Position numbers and translations under genes: made by a program
Part shown: piece after piece, positions 24,252-38,287 of the stretch
Numbering within the stretch: position 1 is the first letter of the stretch
Layout of the letters: each line of letters opens with the position of its first letter
Source: Phoronis australis
Taxonomy: Eukaryota > Animalia > Phoronida
DNA: 64,000 bases
Direction: 5' to 3'
Assembly (NCBI GenBank): GCA_002633005.1
Contig: NMRA01000011.1
Span: 1,028,855-1,092,854, forward strand
The notes under the pieces: generated by a model
Database searches by the model: none
What the model was told of the DNA's origin: nothing
The model's input: the letters and a program-made list of their open reading frames with translations, nothing else

Positions 24252-26477
24252 TAGTCACATTGTTGACTGTATGAACTTGAAGAATAATGCATGTTGACAA
24301 GTCTCATCAGTACTTTGCATCACGAACACTAGGGCAAACATTATTTGTGAGAAATCAACTTGTAATTGACAGTAGAATTATTATGGTGAGGGGACCAGTC
24401 TGTATTCCTGTTGGGAGGGCCAGCTTTCTATGTCCCATCAGCCAGAATGGATTGGAGCCATCTGGTTTCTGTTCAGTTACTATACTCCATTAGTCAACAC
24501 GATCCACTGAAGCCAACATTAGCACTTCCTGTTCAAAGGAACATTACAACTGAAGTCATAATTTTCCATGAAATGCAGACTCCTACACTCGAGCCATCCT
24601 ACAAGTAAACATATCATACAAAATCTCAACTTAAATGATGGCAAAAACGCATTCGCACCAGCATGAACCCCTGGCAGACCTCTTGTTTTTTGCGTACGAA
24701 CACTTTTGTATATGTGTGCATGGTTCTTTGTGGTTCACATAAATGCTAAAATGATTTAGGATTCCGGAATAGAATTGGCTGGTACCTTTGCAGTTGCTGA
24801 ACAAGCCACAATTAATGAAAAGGCATACACGCATGGTAATTCTGTTTACATACATATGTATATTTCAGTTATATTCAAACATAACATACAACTTGACTGT
24901 AGCCTAATGATATGTCCAGGTATGTCCAACACAGTGATCATCACAAAAGTTTAACTATACTAACTTTAACGGTGATTGTAGAACATGGCTGTTTTAAACC
25001 AGAACAAATTCAGCATGTCATAACACTATACAAATATATTTTTAGAAAGACAGTATAATACTTTACAGAAAAATGTCAAAAATATTGACATTTGAGAAAG
25101 TGTTAGTAATGGGCAACAAGTACTATAGAAATTAGTTTCTAATTTAGCTAATCCACAGAATTCCAAATTCCACCTAAATTAGTTACATAAAATGAAACAA
25201 CCACTAAAATTTGACAATTGAGAGCCTTTAAGTACTGGCAATAGATGGCACCACTTTAGAACTACATAGGGTGACTGGAAGAGGACGTAAACACAACTGA
25301 TGTAGGGCAAGGGAGAGTTGCTATGCACAAACCCTGTGAGAAAAACGGTTCATACCAAAGTCAACTCCATGTCCACCAGTAAGACTAGGGTCTCGGGGAC
25401 AGATCCAGGATATTTTATAGAGGGATCCAAGTCAACAATTTGAAAATTCTAGATTTGATATCACTAAAATAAAGTGAAAATGGGGGGTCCGGACCCCTTT
25501 GACCCCCTCCACATCTAAGGGTTAGCTCTCTTTTTATGTCAGTGTTGATGCCAGGTCAACTTTGCCACAGCTGAGCTGGGTTGCATGGAATTGAAAATAT
25601 ATCCACTGGATAAGATATATTCTTCAGCAATGGCTGTGTGACAACGACATACCCCAACTGAGCTTTCACATGTCATGAATTTTGCAATTCCTGTCTGATG
25701 GTAGAGCACTAAATATTCCAGTGGACTCCTTTCGCTAGTACATATTAGCAGTATGCGAACAAAAAATACTTCTCAATTATGAATGATCATTGATTTATAC
25801 ACAGCATGACCAATTCTACTAAAACGGTAGTCTATGCAATGACATCAATGACCTGAATGAAATCTCGCACAGATTTCCCATCTGTTTACCACGAGCAGAC
25901 AAGGTGTGCCTAGTTGATTGTTATTCTGGCTGCGGAATAATCAGGAAGATGGAGCAGCAGGTGTAGAGAACACATGCACGTAACCACGGTAATTCTACTT
26001 TTAAATATGTTCCATTGCACCCAGCTGCGCCAGAAAACATTTTGCACACTGACAGAGCCAATCTCTAAGAACATTCAACCATGTTAACTATACATTGCTT
26101 CTAATTGTTAACAATGAACTACCAAAATGTGCAAGACATATCCACAAAATACACGCCTACCTTGTATTCCACTGGAGTCAACATTCATTGTAGCAGTATT
26201 TACAACAATTGCAAAGTATTTTTTATTGATAACCTGTATCAAAATTGTCTTGCAATAAACTAGCTTAAGATTGACTTTACATAAAATATTGTTTTCCTCC
26301 TACATTTTCACAAATTCAAAAAATATTACTTGCATTATCTTACGTCAGACTTCACCCACAGCCATGGGACTAACGAAAGCATTTTCTTAAAAAATGTCGA
26401 CCATTTTCAGCCAATTTATCTAATACCAGTCTCAGAAACATACATGAACTATTGAGTCCATAGATACCTGTGGCATA

Positions 26478-29400
26478 CTAATACCTTTGCCACCCCCAGT
26501 CAAAATCTCCATACGATCTTGGATCTGCATCGTAGGCAGGCCCAACGTAATAAGCCTGAGGTGGGTACGCTCCACTGACAACGGGCTGAGTGTAGTAATC
26601 CAAACCTGGCTTCTCGACATATTCATAAGCACGGTTGCGCATGCTGGGGTTGTCACGCATGCTGTAAGACTCCAACACAGACTTCTCATCTTTACTGCGC
26701 ATACTCATCAACCAAGCTGTAACCAGGAAAATGGCTGCTGCTACTGCAGAGCAGACGACTCCGACCCAACCCATGATGTAGGAGTAATCGTAAATGCGGC
26801 GCGAAGATTTCGCGAGAGCCTTAAAAAGAAAAAGTGACTCGAATCATACGTTGCCATTTCAATCATTGTAGCAAGAACATTTTAAAATGGAACAATAATA
26901 TTTTAAACTACCTAGAATAATCTACAAGTGATCTGGTTGGGCAAGACGGTGGGTGTTTCAATTAGCTCACATTCATGATAGTGTACACTGTAGTCTATTT
27001 CAGCTAGCCACGCCCTCTGACAGTGCAACTGATGGAGGAGGTAGTTATACTGCGTTCATCTGGCTTAATGACTATGATGCATAAACTGGGGAAACAAAAT
27101 ACTGGCGTTCGGTTAAGCTGTTAAGCCGATTTGGGTGAACATGTCGACCTCGTTTGTAAGACTCGTACAGTAAGGATATTTTCCAGCGTGACTAAAACAA
27201 GGTACTGATCTTTACTCGAAGGTAATCAAGTTCTGTACGTTCTGGGAGCCATAATTTGTGCGAGACGGGGGCACTTACAATGACGAGCAGTTTTAAGAAA
27301 GTCTGGATCTTGTCAAATTTTGGTGAGCTAAAAGCAGAGCACGGGACATTTAAAAGTGAAAATTTGGAATGTTTGCACCTGGGAATTAAGCTCAACATGA
27401 GTGTTAACCCAGTTGAGTGCGGTGTTATGTTTTCGAATTAACATTTACTTACAGAATCCCAATTTGACGGGAAGGAATTTTCGTCCTTGATTTTGTTCTT
27501 CTCCAAGTATTCAGCTCCGTGGAAGACGGCCATGGCAAAGGCAACAAAAAATGCTGTGAAAAAAGAATGTAAATACCTCTAGTCTACCTGACATCACCCG
27601 GATAGAACTAACTCATATTTTTCTTAAAATCATAAGTAGACCAAAAACTTGATCACTGATCAATAGTTTGACAGATAATGCAGATCATTCAGGTAGCAGC
27701 AGCATACCTTAAGTTTGTCAACTCAGTAGCAGATGTATTTGAATGAAACCACTGGTTAGTAGACAAGTTAGTTGGTGTTTCTATGATGCTGACAATGACA
27801 TGCTTATCAAAAGTTTTTTCTTATGCCTGTAGTAAGAATCATAAAAGTTTGTTGTTTGACTATAAAATTGAAAAGTTAATGTTTTGAAAAAAGATCCAGC
27901 AGGCTTCACTGTAAAACCTGTTTTAGTCAAGATACCTTGCAATTGTAGCCGCCAAAGAGCACAGCGTTGATATCTCAGCAGGCCACATTTTGAGTAACCG
28001 TCATTCATAAAGTTTACGGCTGCAGTGCTGTGCAAACGTTTTCAGTACAAATAATACATCTTTATAGCATATATCATGTCAAAGACTCATACAGCGACAT
28101 CTGTGTTTCATGTTTAAAGGTGAAACTGTTTGTTTTTTTCTTTTAAGATGGTGAGTTAGTGTTTCAAATTCAAAATCATCTAATCAGCATGGACAAAATG
28201 GAGTTCACGGATTGTGTCAACTAGAAAGTTATGTTTGTGACTTGAGGTTCACCTAGCGCTGGGTGGACTTAATATTTTAAAAAACTTCTTACCGCCTACA
28301 AATATGACAATGCCGGTGTTTTTAGCATACTGTTCCGACGTTCTCCAGCAAGCAACAGATCCAAGTACACAGCCGATGAGAAGGAATATCATGGACACGA
28401 CGAAGAAAGCCAGAGTGCATCTCATCAAGTCTTCAAAACAGAAAATTAATATCTTACTAAGTGAAATGCAATAGATGTTATGACGAATGCCAAAACAGAA
28501 TGTGGGTGACTTATTGACAGTAAAATTAGCTCGGCATTTGAGTTGTATATAGCCAACTTGATCCACAGTTTTTATACACTACACTCCAAAAGTAATCAGA
28601 CAACGTACAGCTTGCTCATCATTCTAGCTAATCTGATGGTCAATTCCGGCTGCTCTCAACAGTTATGACGGGGAATTTCAGGGGCATTCTGGATGATCAT
28701 TTCCAGAAAGTACTGTATGACCACCTGAACAGAACATGTCTTTCAATTTTCCAAATAATCTTAAAAGTTATGTCCAAGTCCAAATGCTCAATAGGCCCAA
28801 GCTTCCCATTTCAAATTTGTTTTTTTATAGCAAGATGCCAGGTTGTCAAAAGCTCAAGCTTTGTATTTTTTCAACATAAGAAGCGATAGTCTTCAGTGCC
28901 CACAATTCCGATACATCCTGCATCATAAGTACTGCACGCACCAGGATTGGAGTGTACACAACTACTGAACTGTGGTCACTCAGAGCTGTTGAGATGTCAA
29001 ATCAGTGTTCTCCAGACAAAGATTCAAACAGGTCGCATTTACATCCACTCTGGAATTTTAGACAGTGAACAATGCGTGCATATCTTAGCGAACACATAAA
29101 AATAATACTTTTCTGTTCAAAATGAAAAATCAATCATGTCACGTGCTATTTGAATAGGTCAGTGGCAAAATCAAACAAGACGTGACAACCTGTTGAAACA
29201 GGTCATTGAGAACACTGGAAATACAGCAAAAATTCTCCACTGTGGGACAGTTTACAAAATTTGGGACCCTGAAACTCAACTGAAAGTGGAATTTTCTTGA
29301 TTCTGAAGATTGTGGGATGTACGAGTTCACTATAAGGCACCTGTCGAAGGATGGTAGCTGTGTCTCCGAAAATGAGCACGTGATTGATCTTGCATAGAAA

Positions 29401-32106
29401 ATATTTTCCTTTAGGTACAGGAGTGAAAGGAGTGGACATGATTTTGTTATCTAGTCCAGAGGGTCCTACTAACTATTACTATATAGCAAGCATTACCAGA
29501 CGTAATGAGGGCCCCCATGGAAAGCAGTGTGAACTGATGGGGCTATCTTCATTGTAAATATTATATTAATAAATAAATAAATGTGTAATCTACCACAAAA
29601 ACCTCAGTAAACCCAGAACAAGTGAGTATTATGAAACCGTTTTTAGTTTCTTCTCACATCATGGTAGGAGTGATATCTATTATCAAACTTAGGAGGAGAC
29701 GAGATGATTATTGATCGAGGCAAATAATGAGTTTTGAGCGAGTATTCTCAAACCCAGTAACTGTTACAGACTGATTAAAACTGTTGATTCCAAATTTTTA
29801 CTTTTTTCCTAAATAAAAGAAAGTGGCGATACTTACGAACTCTTATCCAGTAATCATTTGAGTATCCAGCACTCCCTATGCGTTCTGGGATTTCATACTC
29901 TATGGAAAAGCAGCCACCACTGTTATCAATCACAGTCACGCCATCTAGTAGTCTACTTACTGAAAAACAAGCAAGACTCAGTAATAAGAGTTGCTCTCTT
30001 ACCATGAGAACATTGCTTATGCATGCTACATTGACCAATTTGAATGTTTAAAGTTTTTACCAAGATGTATTTGTTGCCTTGAGAACTCACCAATGTAATT
30101 AAAAGTGCACTAAATTTGACAAAAGGAATTTAAATTTTAAACAATACTAAAAGTTCAAACAAGTTTGTATGATAAATGCATAAAAATGTACCACACAAAT
30201 TGCTATGGGTTAGCCCCTATTTCCTGTTGCTTATCCATGACTTGCAGGGTTGCAAAATATATGACAATCGGTAGAAAGCCCAGCACAATTGTTGACCAGA
30301 ATGCTAGAGCTTCCCTGAATGGCAATCTGGGGTTGGTTGAGCTCGCCCTTTGAGAATAGCTTTGACCTTTACAGGCGACTGCTTTACTAGAGAGATTTGG
30401 TTCAGTTGATTTTGTTACTTATAACCCTGTTGTTGGGTTTTGGTGAACTTTAGAATGATGAATTGAACTTCCTCAAAATGTTGGGAATTCTGTATGATAA
30501 ATACAGAATATTAACAATTGGGCTAGGTGTCTACTACTTATTTGACCCAACACCAACATCGTCAACACATGCTAATTGATAAAGCGTATGTTAGTATTAG
30601 AATGACTGGGGTTTTCTTAAAAGCCGATACCTCTCATGTGTTTTTATAAGTTGACATTTATTTTTTTTAAATTAAAATTTTCTATTTGATTACCTGAAGT
30701 CTTCCAAACAGCCTCCTCTAAACTACTTAGACTGTTTTGTTAAATGTTGGAGCTTAGATGATTGTTGTTGGTTAAATTCCCTAAACTTGTAAAAATCATT
30801 GAAATGGCAGGTATATGTCCTAAGTAGTATAACTTACTGTTATTTGTGTAAATATTTTGATGATGAGACTAGAGACCTTCACATGATACAAATCAGCAAT
30901 TGTGTTCCTCAAAACTACTGATGCATAAAGGACCAGAGGCCATCACATACAAATAAGCAATTGTGTTACTCAAAACTAAGTATCTTTTTAACTAAGTTTG
31001 TAACATCTATAGGTGTCACATACACCTTATACCCAGCTCATGTAACTGTAGCAAGGTAACACCAACCGTCACACAAACCTATGAATAACTTTATTACCTA
31101 AGTTGGCAAATGAGAGATTTGTAAACAAATAGAATTTACTCATTGTCGTTCCTCAGTGGAATCTAACTCTACAAATTATGGAAGTAGGCTAATTCAACTG
31201 AAACCTAAAAAAGCACATTGTTTAATTTTGCAATTTCACAAAGCAAAGTGTTATGATTAGTCATGGTGATCTGTTGAACTTTTTCTACAGCTTGTTCACC
31301 CAGTTGCTCCGTCACACTGCAAGGTTGGGCTATGATTAGTCAATCCTTTCGGTTATGTAATAACGGTCCACCCAAGGGCGTGACGCCATTCATGCTCAAC
31401 AGAACCCATACGCTGGTGTTCCACAACATAACTGTCACGAAGTTATTTCAATGATGCTTTCACAACCATTTTCTTCCCCGTATGTAACATATGGTGCGTA
31501 TACATTTACTGCGAAATTAACCCATTTCTATAGCAACGAACACAATGCCAAGAAATATGTCCCGTTTCGTAGAGTAAACTCCTGTCCGTATAGAAATTTA
31601 TTAGAAATTTATTTCAAATAAAGCATTAAGCTAGTCCCTTCGCAAATGTAAATGGCCAAGTAATGAAGCGTATGCTGAGGTCTAGTTCTTCAACTAGTTG
31701 GAGCATCGATCCCGTGGTTGTTGATTTTCTGGCTTCAAGTTGGTCATGATGAAGGCGCCATTTTGAATGATCGAGAGTGGGTAAAGAAATCTGTAAAAAT
31801 GAGCCGTCATATACAATAATTGAACGTATTTCGCCGACACTCGTGTTCTATATTACCAAACCGACATGTCTAAAACTAACCTGTGCTGTTCTGGAGACAT
31901 TCTTTAAAGAGTCCTCGGTGCCTACTGTGATACCAAAACTTTTTCATCGCCGTAGTTTTTTCCTGTTCCGTGGGGAAAGTTTTCGCAATTTCCTTGTCAT
32001 CCACGACAAATTTAATCCAGTTGTCTGTACTGAAAGCTAAAGCGACAAAAAACAAGGAAACCACACAAAATATTGTACCGAACGCAAGTGCCACAGTGGA
32101 ACCCAT
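26478..32106 (-). CDS. Claudin/PMP22-superfamily four-pass membrane protein, 309 aa, 5 coding exons
   Basis: Exons 32106-31881, 29959-29837, 28430-28293, 27553-27453 and 26819-26478 all have GT-AG junctions and join in frame (930 nt). Features: TM1, STDNW...RGLFKEC...C claudin ECL1 motif, HLMRC, TM2-3, FHGAEYLE, YDYSYIMGW TM4, and a Tyr/Pro-rich tail ending WQRY. Confidence 0.92.
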
Positions 32107-34317
32107 GTCTGAGGGCGTACAGCGGAGAGAGGCAACTTCTTCACTTAGGGTGTGCCAAAATCTTCTTTATAGAGCAATGTGTGTTCAAGGTATTTGTCTC
32201 GTCATTTCCACTGGGACGCCCTAACGCGCGACAATAAGCAGAATGTGTACCTTTCTCTTACCAAACAAAAGACGAGTCCATTTTGATACAGGTGGGGGAC
32301 GTGGTTCGTGTAAAACTATTTCCAAACAATTCAAAATTGTCCACATGTGATTATTACAAAAACAAATCTTGTAATAATTGGTACTTATTAAGCTGTTTGC
32401 ACTGCGGACTTGCTTATCTTTGCTTGACAAACAAATGCGAATTGTTTAAAAACAAAATTACCTGTCAAACGGTTACTCGTCTACTGCGTTTTAATGAAAG
32501 TCCCTACAGAGGTCGTGCCCCCCAGGTAGGCTGTTGCGGCTGGTGTCACGTTTCATGCTCAATATTACTCCCGGGAGATTTTTCATTAGGGTTGCCTGTC
32601 AACATAAACACTTGTTTAACGTAATTTTTAAAATGATAAGGCCTGTTTAAGTTAGGCAAGTCATTTTGAAAATTATGATGGGAATGATAATTGGGTTCGG
32701 GGGACTCGATTATATTTTAAAGGGGTGCAATTAAAAAATAGGATACCCAACTATTAAGATATCAAACTTTATTGACTTGTTCGGGTGTTAAGATTTTAAC
32801 TCCGTCAAAATGGATACTTTCCGAAATTAGAAAACCTGTGCAATCATTTGGTTGTTGGCTTTTGAGTCAATCTCCTATTGAGTGGGTCAAATGACCATGT
32901 CTTTTAGCTAACGAGAAAGTTACATCCCTAGCATCGCTTGACATTATAGCTCGAGATCATGAAAACCCTGTTACAGTTTTCTAAATTGTCTCCTCGTTGT
33001 TGTTAATGCAACTGTTGAGTTTCCTATGAAAGTCATGGAAACCATATTTTTGATACCGTGCCATGTAAAAAGTGATAAATTTTGAGATATTCTTTACATC
33101 GTTTTGGAGAACATTGCATGAAGCATATGGAATCTGAATGAGTTTCAATCATGCGTGAATCCGATTGGTCATCTCTGATACGATTCCCTAGAGCGGACCC
33201 GATTGTCGGAGCTTCGATGAAAGAATCCTGCTTCGTAGGATTTTGTTCCACCCTTTTGTAAAATTTAATCCCATAAACCAGCTTCGCAGGTTGCCAAAAA
33301 TGAGCACAACTTTTGGAATTATTTTTTTTAAAATATTGATAACATTTAGAACACCGGTTGATTTTGTAGTCGTAGAAATGAACTTTACGTAGGTTTTCAA
33401 ACTCCCGAAATGAACCCTTTCGTGAGGATTGAAATCAGAAAAGGCTGATTTCCACTGAGAATTTTATCACCTTTTTGTACTGAGGCAAACTGCCTTGAAA
33501 AAAAAAAAACATCTGGAAGACAGAACCCTATCTTATACCGTTTCTTTAGGTGTAGGGCCTACCCCCGCAATCATGAGTTTCAGTGGCAGTAGGCAATCGG
33601 GAACTGCGTATGGCAACAAAACGGGCCTATCCTGCAGGCATGACTTTTAATATGTTGTCAGACGACTTCCGAAAGTGCGCGTGCACTGTAGGGGTGACCT
33701 CTAGATCTGAGTGTTGAGGTACTGGTGACGAGGGCGGCGGCGCGAAATTGTTAACGACGGGTGAGGGTGGCACCATTATATTGCGTGCATTGGCGGCTGC
33801 AGGTGAGGAATAGATATCAAAAATTCCAGATGAAACAGTAATCAATTCAGAATGCCGCATGGTCGATATTACGATTGAAATCGTGCTCGCTAGAGTCATA
33901 GATTGCTAGCGCCGTCGGCTCTTGTCGCAGTCCTAGATGGTGGTGCATTTCGTCCTGTTCAGTTGGTTAACCAGGAAAATAGAATTGTGTCATTTCTTGT
34001 AATCGATCTCTTAAAATATTCTTTTTTTGTGATTGGGTTCCATCTTAGTTTGAGTTATCATGTCAAGTAAAAGACAATATGCACGTGCGCCATTTTCGAA
34101 TTATACGTAGTCGCACTCCTAACGTTGGGTAACGCCAGTAAACTCCGAAGCGTTTTCTTAATGGTTTCTAGACCTTCTCGCGCGATTTCCTAAATATTAA
34201 TAAATTCGTTCTCAACATCTCTGGATTGTCTTAATTTTGCAGTGTGGCTTCAAGCTAATCATCGTTCCTGTCAACGCAGTCTCAATGGTAGACGCAAACT
34301 TGATCCTATTGAAGATA

Positions 34318-34757
34318 CAATATTTTTAACTGACAGGCACATGGCGATGAATTCAATATTTCTGACTGACAGGCACATGGCTATGAATCTAATATTTCTG
34401 ACTGACAGGCACATGGCTATGAATCCAATATTTCTGACTGACAGGCACATGGCTATGAATCCAATATTTCTGACTGACAAGCACATGGCGATGAATCCAA
34501 TATTTCTGACTGATAGGCACATGGCTATGAATCCAATATTACTATCTGACAGGCACATGATGATGAATTCAATATTTCTGACTGACAGACACATGGTGAT
34601 GAATTCAATGTTTCTGACTGACAAGCACATGGCGATGAATTCAATATTTATGACTGACAGGCACATGGCGATGAATCCAATATTTCTAACTAACAGGCAC
34701 ATGGCGATGTATCCAATATTTCAAACTGACAGGCACATGGCAGTGAATTCAAATTTT
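34318..34757. repeat. 36-bp minisatellite, ~12 copies (AATATTTCTGACTGACAGGCACATGGCGATGAATCC)
   Basis: Direct tandem array. The 12-aa periodicity (IFLTDRHMAMNP) in the ORF track reflects the 36-nt unit. Confidence 0.95.
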
Positions 34758-34922
34758 TAAAGCGCCGCCTGTAAGCCAGCCTTCCGCCAAATAAAAAAAA
34801 ATAACTAAGACCACTTATCGAGCTAAGATTGGTCTCAAAATGTTCTTGCCGCAAATGAGAAATGGTTCAAAGCTTGAAAAAAACACACTTAGGCCTAATC
34901 ATTACTACAGACCATGCTCCAC

Positions 34923-35024
34923 GTGTTACCCGCCGTGACAACTGGTAGGACTGGCAGTGTTACCCGCAGTGACAACTTGTAAGGCTGGCAGTGTTACCCG
35001 CCGTGACAACTTATAGGACTAACA
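34923..35024. repeat. 34-bp tandem repeat, 3 copies
   Basis: GTGTTACCCGC(C/A)GTGACAACT starts at 34923, 34957 and 34991. Confidence 0.9.
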
Positions 35025-35168
35025 GTTCATTCTAAGCTAGGAGATAATCGTCAATTTCACATGGATCATTGTGAGACCTATTTCGTATCGGTAAGATCCA
35101 AACGAAAAGTTGTCTGATATACGTGGGTCAACTTTGGATGTGTTTATGTTTGGTAATAAAAAGACTCG

Positions 35169-35516
35169 TGAACATAGCCTACTTCCTTATTTATAAATAC
35201 GGCTCGCGAACCCCATGAAAACACTTCACATGCTCTCAAATTATGGACAGCTCACCGACTGGCAAAAAGATGCCGAACTGATAAAACACGTCATTTCGCA
35301 CGCGAAGCACAAATTCGTGTTCGCTCTCACAAACACGTCTTCCTGTGCAGGTGTGACGAATATCAGTGATCAATGTGCTGTATTTGTGAGTCAGTAGTTA
35401 TGATTTTGGCTGCTTGCGTAACATGTGTTTTGTAGTTCCGACTCATTGACTGGCGGGCAGTGAGTTAGTGTACCGGGCCCGTTTCGGTATAAGTAAGGAA
35501 CTAGGCTATATGTTCA
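35169..35516. mobile_element. MITE with ~28-bp terminal inverted repeats
   Basis: The left end TGAACATAGCCTACTTCCTTATTTATA matches the reverse complement of the right end, TGAACATATAGCCTAGTTCCTTACTTATA. Confidence 0.7.
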
Positions 35517-35562
35517 TGAATTCCAAAGCCAGAGATGCTGTTTCCACCCCTTCGTTACTTTA

Positions 35563-35922
35563 GGGAGCTTTCACACGTTACGTCATCACTCGAGGGGATT
35601 GGATGTGGAAAAGATGACGATTTATGACGGGGGAGGGTGGTTAGACTCGTGGCCGACGTGGTTTATTGGAAAATCTACCTCACTGTACGATTTGATAGTT
35701 GAAATTGTGTACAGTGTTTTATTGTTGAATTATAAAAAGACATTAACTTGAAAGAGACGCCGGGAATCTCCAAATAATTTTCGGTTGTTCCTAAAACTGG
35801 GAGGGTTGGCTGTGATGACGTAATTAGATGATGGGCAGGGGTTCATGACGCCGTGTCATGACAGAGGAGGGGAGGGGGTAAAAACTGGCACCTTTTAGAT
35901 GACATAATACGTGAATGCTCCC
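35563..35922. mobile_element. Harbinger/PIF-type MITE
   Basis: TIRs GGGAGCTTTCACACGTTACGTCATC and GATGACATAATACGTGAATGCTCCC. TTA on the left flank, TTT on the right. Internal ATGACG/GGGGAGGG motifs. Confidence 0.75.
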
Positions 35923-37963
35923 TTTGATGAGAAGTGTTTACCAGTTTTTCACGCCAAAGACTGCTATAGCAGATCTTTCACGTTTCATTCATGCCATGTT
36001 ACACAGGGAAATTCCCCTGGATCAACAGACAGTCATGTTCTTGTTGTAACTTATGTGTATTGTAAGGATCTGCGTTCTATTGCTGGTTAAACTCAAACCA
36101 GTTACTTTACTATGCCGCCGAAACCCCTCTGTAGGCATGCCGGCCGTAGGCCTACTTGGTAGACCATACATTTAGAAAAAGCCATGATCAGTTTGTCTCA
36201 GTCACAATTTCCCATGTCAATTTTGCGGATGCACGCTAAAGTTAATCTAAAACTCTGTTCTCGGATCTTGTTAGGCTTGTCCGTATCACAATATCGCAGC
36301 TATTTTATTGTCACTGGTATTCCGTCATTGAGATATGAGTGCCCCGACGACTCCGTCCGTGAGGGACGTCTTTCTGCAAAATAAAGTTTGAAATTTACCG
36401 GTGTGTGAAAACGAACCCCTGTGCTTCTGGCTCATCATATTTTGCCCAGGGTATCTTGTCCTGGGGTGCGATTGCGTTTTTCTCCATACTTTCTCAATTA
36501 CATTTCCAACGATTTTATGGCGGCAAAGCTAGTCCACCACCTTCAACTCTCTTATGCAGAACGTAAATGCACTAGGGTTTTCAATGAAAATTCAACTCAA
36601 TATCTTTTATTTATTAAATTTGCATTTCGGCCTTTTCAGCTACCTAAAAACAAAAATCGCATCGAGCCTCTCATGAAATTGATTTCATTCTGTGATAGGA
36701 GTCCATTTCCATTATCAACTGAAGTCAAAGCCAATGCGTACGCAGGTCATTTTTACATTGCAATTTTGAAATGGCCAAACCCTATGAATTCTAAAGCGTT
36801 TTCTTCAGTCGCTGGTGGTTTCAATACATGTACATGTTCTTGTTGGTAACAGGCATAGAATCCTATCACAGTAAATGATATCACGAGACTGGTCTTTTGA
36901 GAGTAAAAGACCTTTAGGCCATCCTATTTTCGTCTTCTCAGCACGCAAACACGGTAAAATGCAACGTAAAAAGAATATTATATCAAACAGCGGGAGACCT
37001 GATTGTCTATTGAGCGAAGTAAATACATATGCAAAAACACAGAGAGTACATATATAATTCGGCTCATTAGCTGTAGGCTACCTTTTGCCTGAAGCCCTCT
37101 GACGAAATGCGTCTTACAGTCGTCATTACACAAGCATTGGATACAATTCATCCCATCCAATGCTGTTTCAGTATCACTATTACCCAATTTTTGGCTTTGA
37201 TCCAAGTCGAGAGTTAACCTATCTTTTCATGCAACGCCCTCTGATTATTTTGATTGAATTAAGGGCTCAGTTTTTTGTTATATTATTAGAAAGTACTAGT
37301 AGTCAAAAAGAACACCATAGTAAAGGTAGAATGATAGAAAAATGTTACATCTGTCAGAAAAGGACGTCGGAAACAAATACGCAAAGGATTTAGGAAACTT
37401 AGGTGAGTCCCTATTTGGGACTGTTTCATGCAACCGGCCACTACACTCTCCGTCAAAGTAGAAATAGTACTTATGTATAATTTAGTTACGTAACAAACAA
37501 TCTTCTTCAATCCCATTCACTAAAGATTCTGTAGCAAAGTGCTTTCATAATGTCAAAAATGTTCTTGATATAATATGGTGTCCGATAACAAAAACTGTTT
37601 TTTTCAATATGTGATACTTTCTACTTTTGATTTATTCTCGTGTTATTGTTTATATCGGGGAATTTATATAATCCATTATTTTGTATTGCACGGGATGACC
37701 AAAGACGTTCAGACTTTTCTGAGTGTTCCTCGGCTTAACGATTCATGTGAAACCACGTACCGATATAAAATTGGTTTCAACTGCGAAGATCAGAAGTGAT
37801 TTTTGTCTTTTAAAAAGAACTTGCAGTTCGCCAATGCTCGAGACCATGATGGGCAACCAAAATAACACGCCGAAACAAGTAAACTTGCAGAGTCTGGTCT
37901 CAACCAATAACTAGCACTCAGTTCTATCCACAGCGTTAAGCAACAATGGGACCAATTTTATAA

Positions 37964-37964
<1 letters not shown>

Positions 37965-38031
<67 letters not shown>

Positions 38032-38058
38032 ACTGGTGTTGCTGTTGCTGCTGCTGTT
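37965..38058. repeat. (TGC)n trinucleotide microsatellite, ~22 perfect units plus a degenerate tail
   Basis: Direct reading of the sequence. Confidence 0.97.
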
Positions 38059-38287
38059 GGCAGACATCGCCTAAAATTAGCGATTAAAAATAAAGTCGAA
38101 ACTATAAAAGATTTTGGTGTTTTAGTTCTGTTCAAAGTTAACAACCCATTCAAGAATAACGCAAAAATTACGTTATTCGGCTAAGAAACGACGATGTCCC
38201 TTTAAGATAAAAACTTGAATTAACGTCTTGTCTACATGTATCAGACACGCAAAACGACCCCGAAAGAGTCCAGATAGGATTACTTAC

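Noticed and set aside
34318-34757. CRISPR-like array with 36-bp periodicity
   Set aside because: The units are contiguous with no unique spacers, there are no cas genes, and the context is eukaryotic. It is a minisatellite.
36421-36849. 142-aa plus-strand ORF
   Set aside because: Non-ATG start, no motifs, and AT-rich intron/UTR-like composition.
37911-38153. Poly-alanine ORF
   Set aside because: Translation of a (GCA)n microsatellite, with no supporting splice context or homology.
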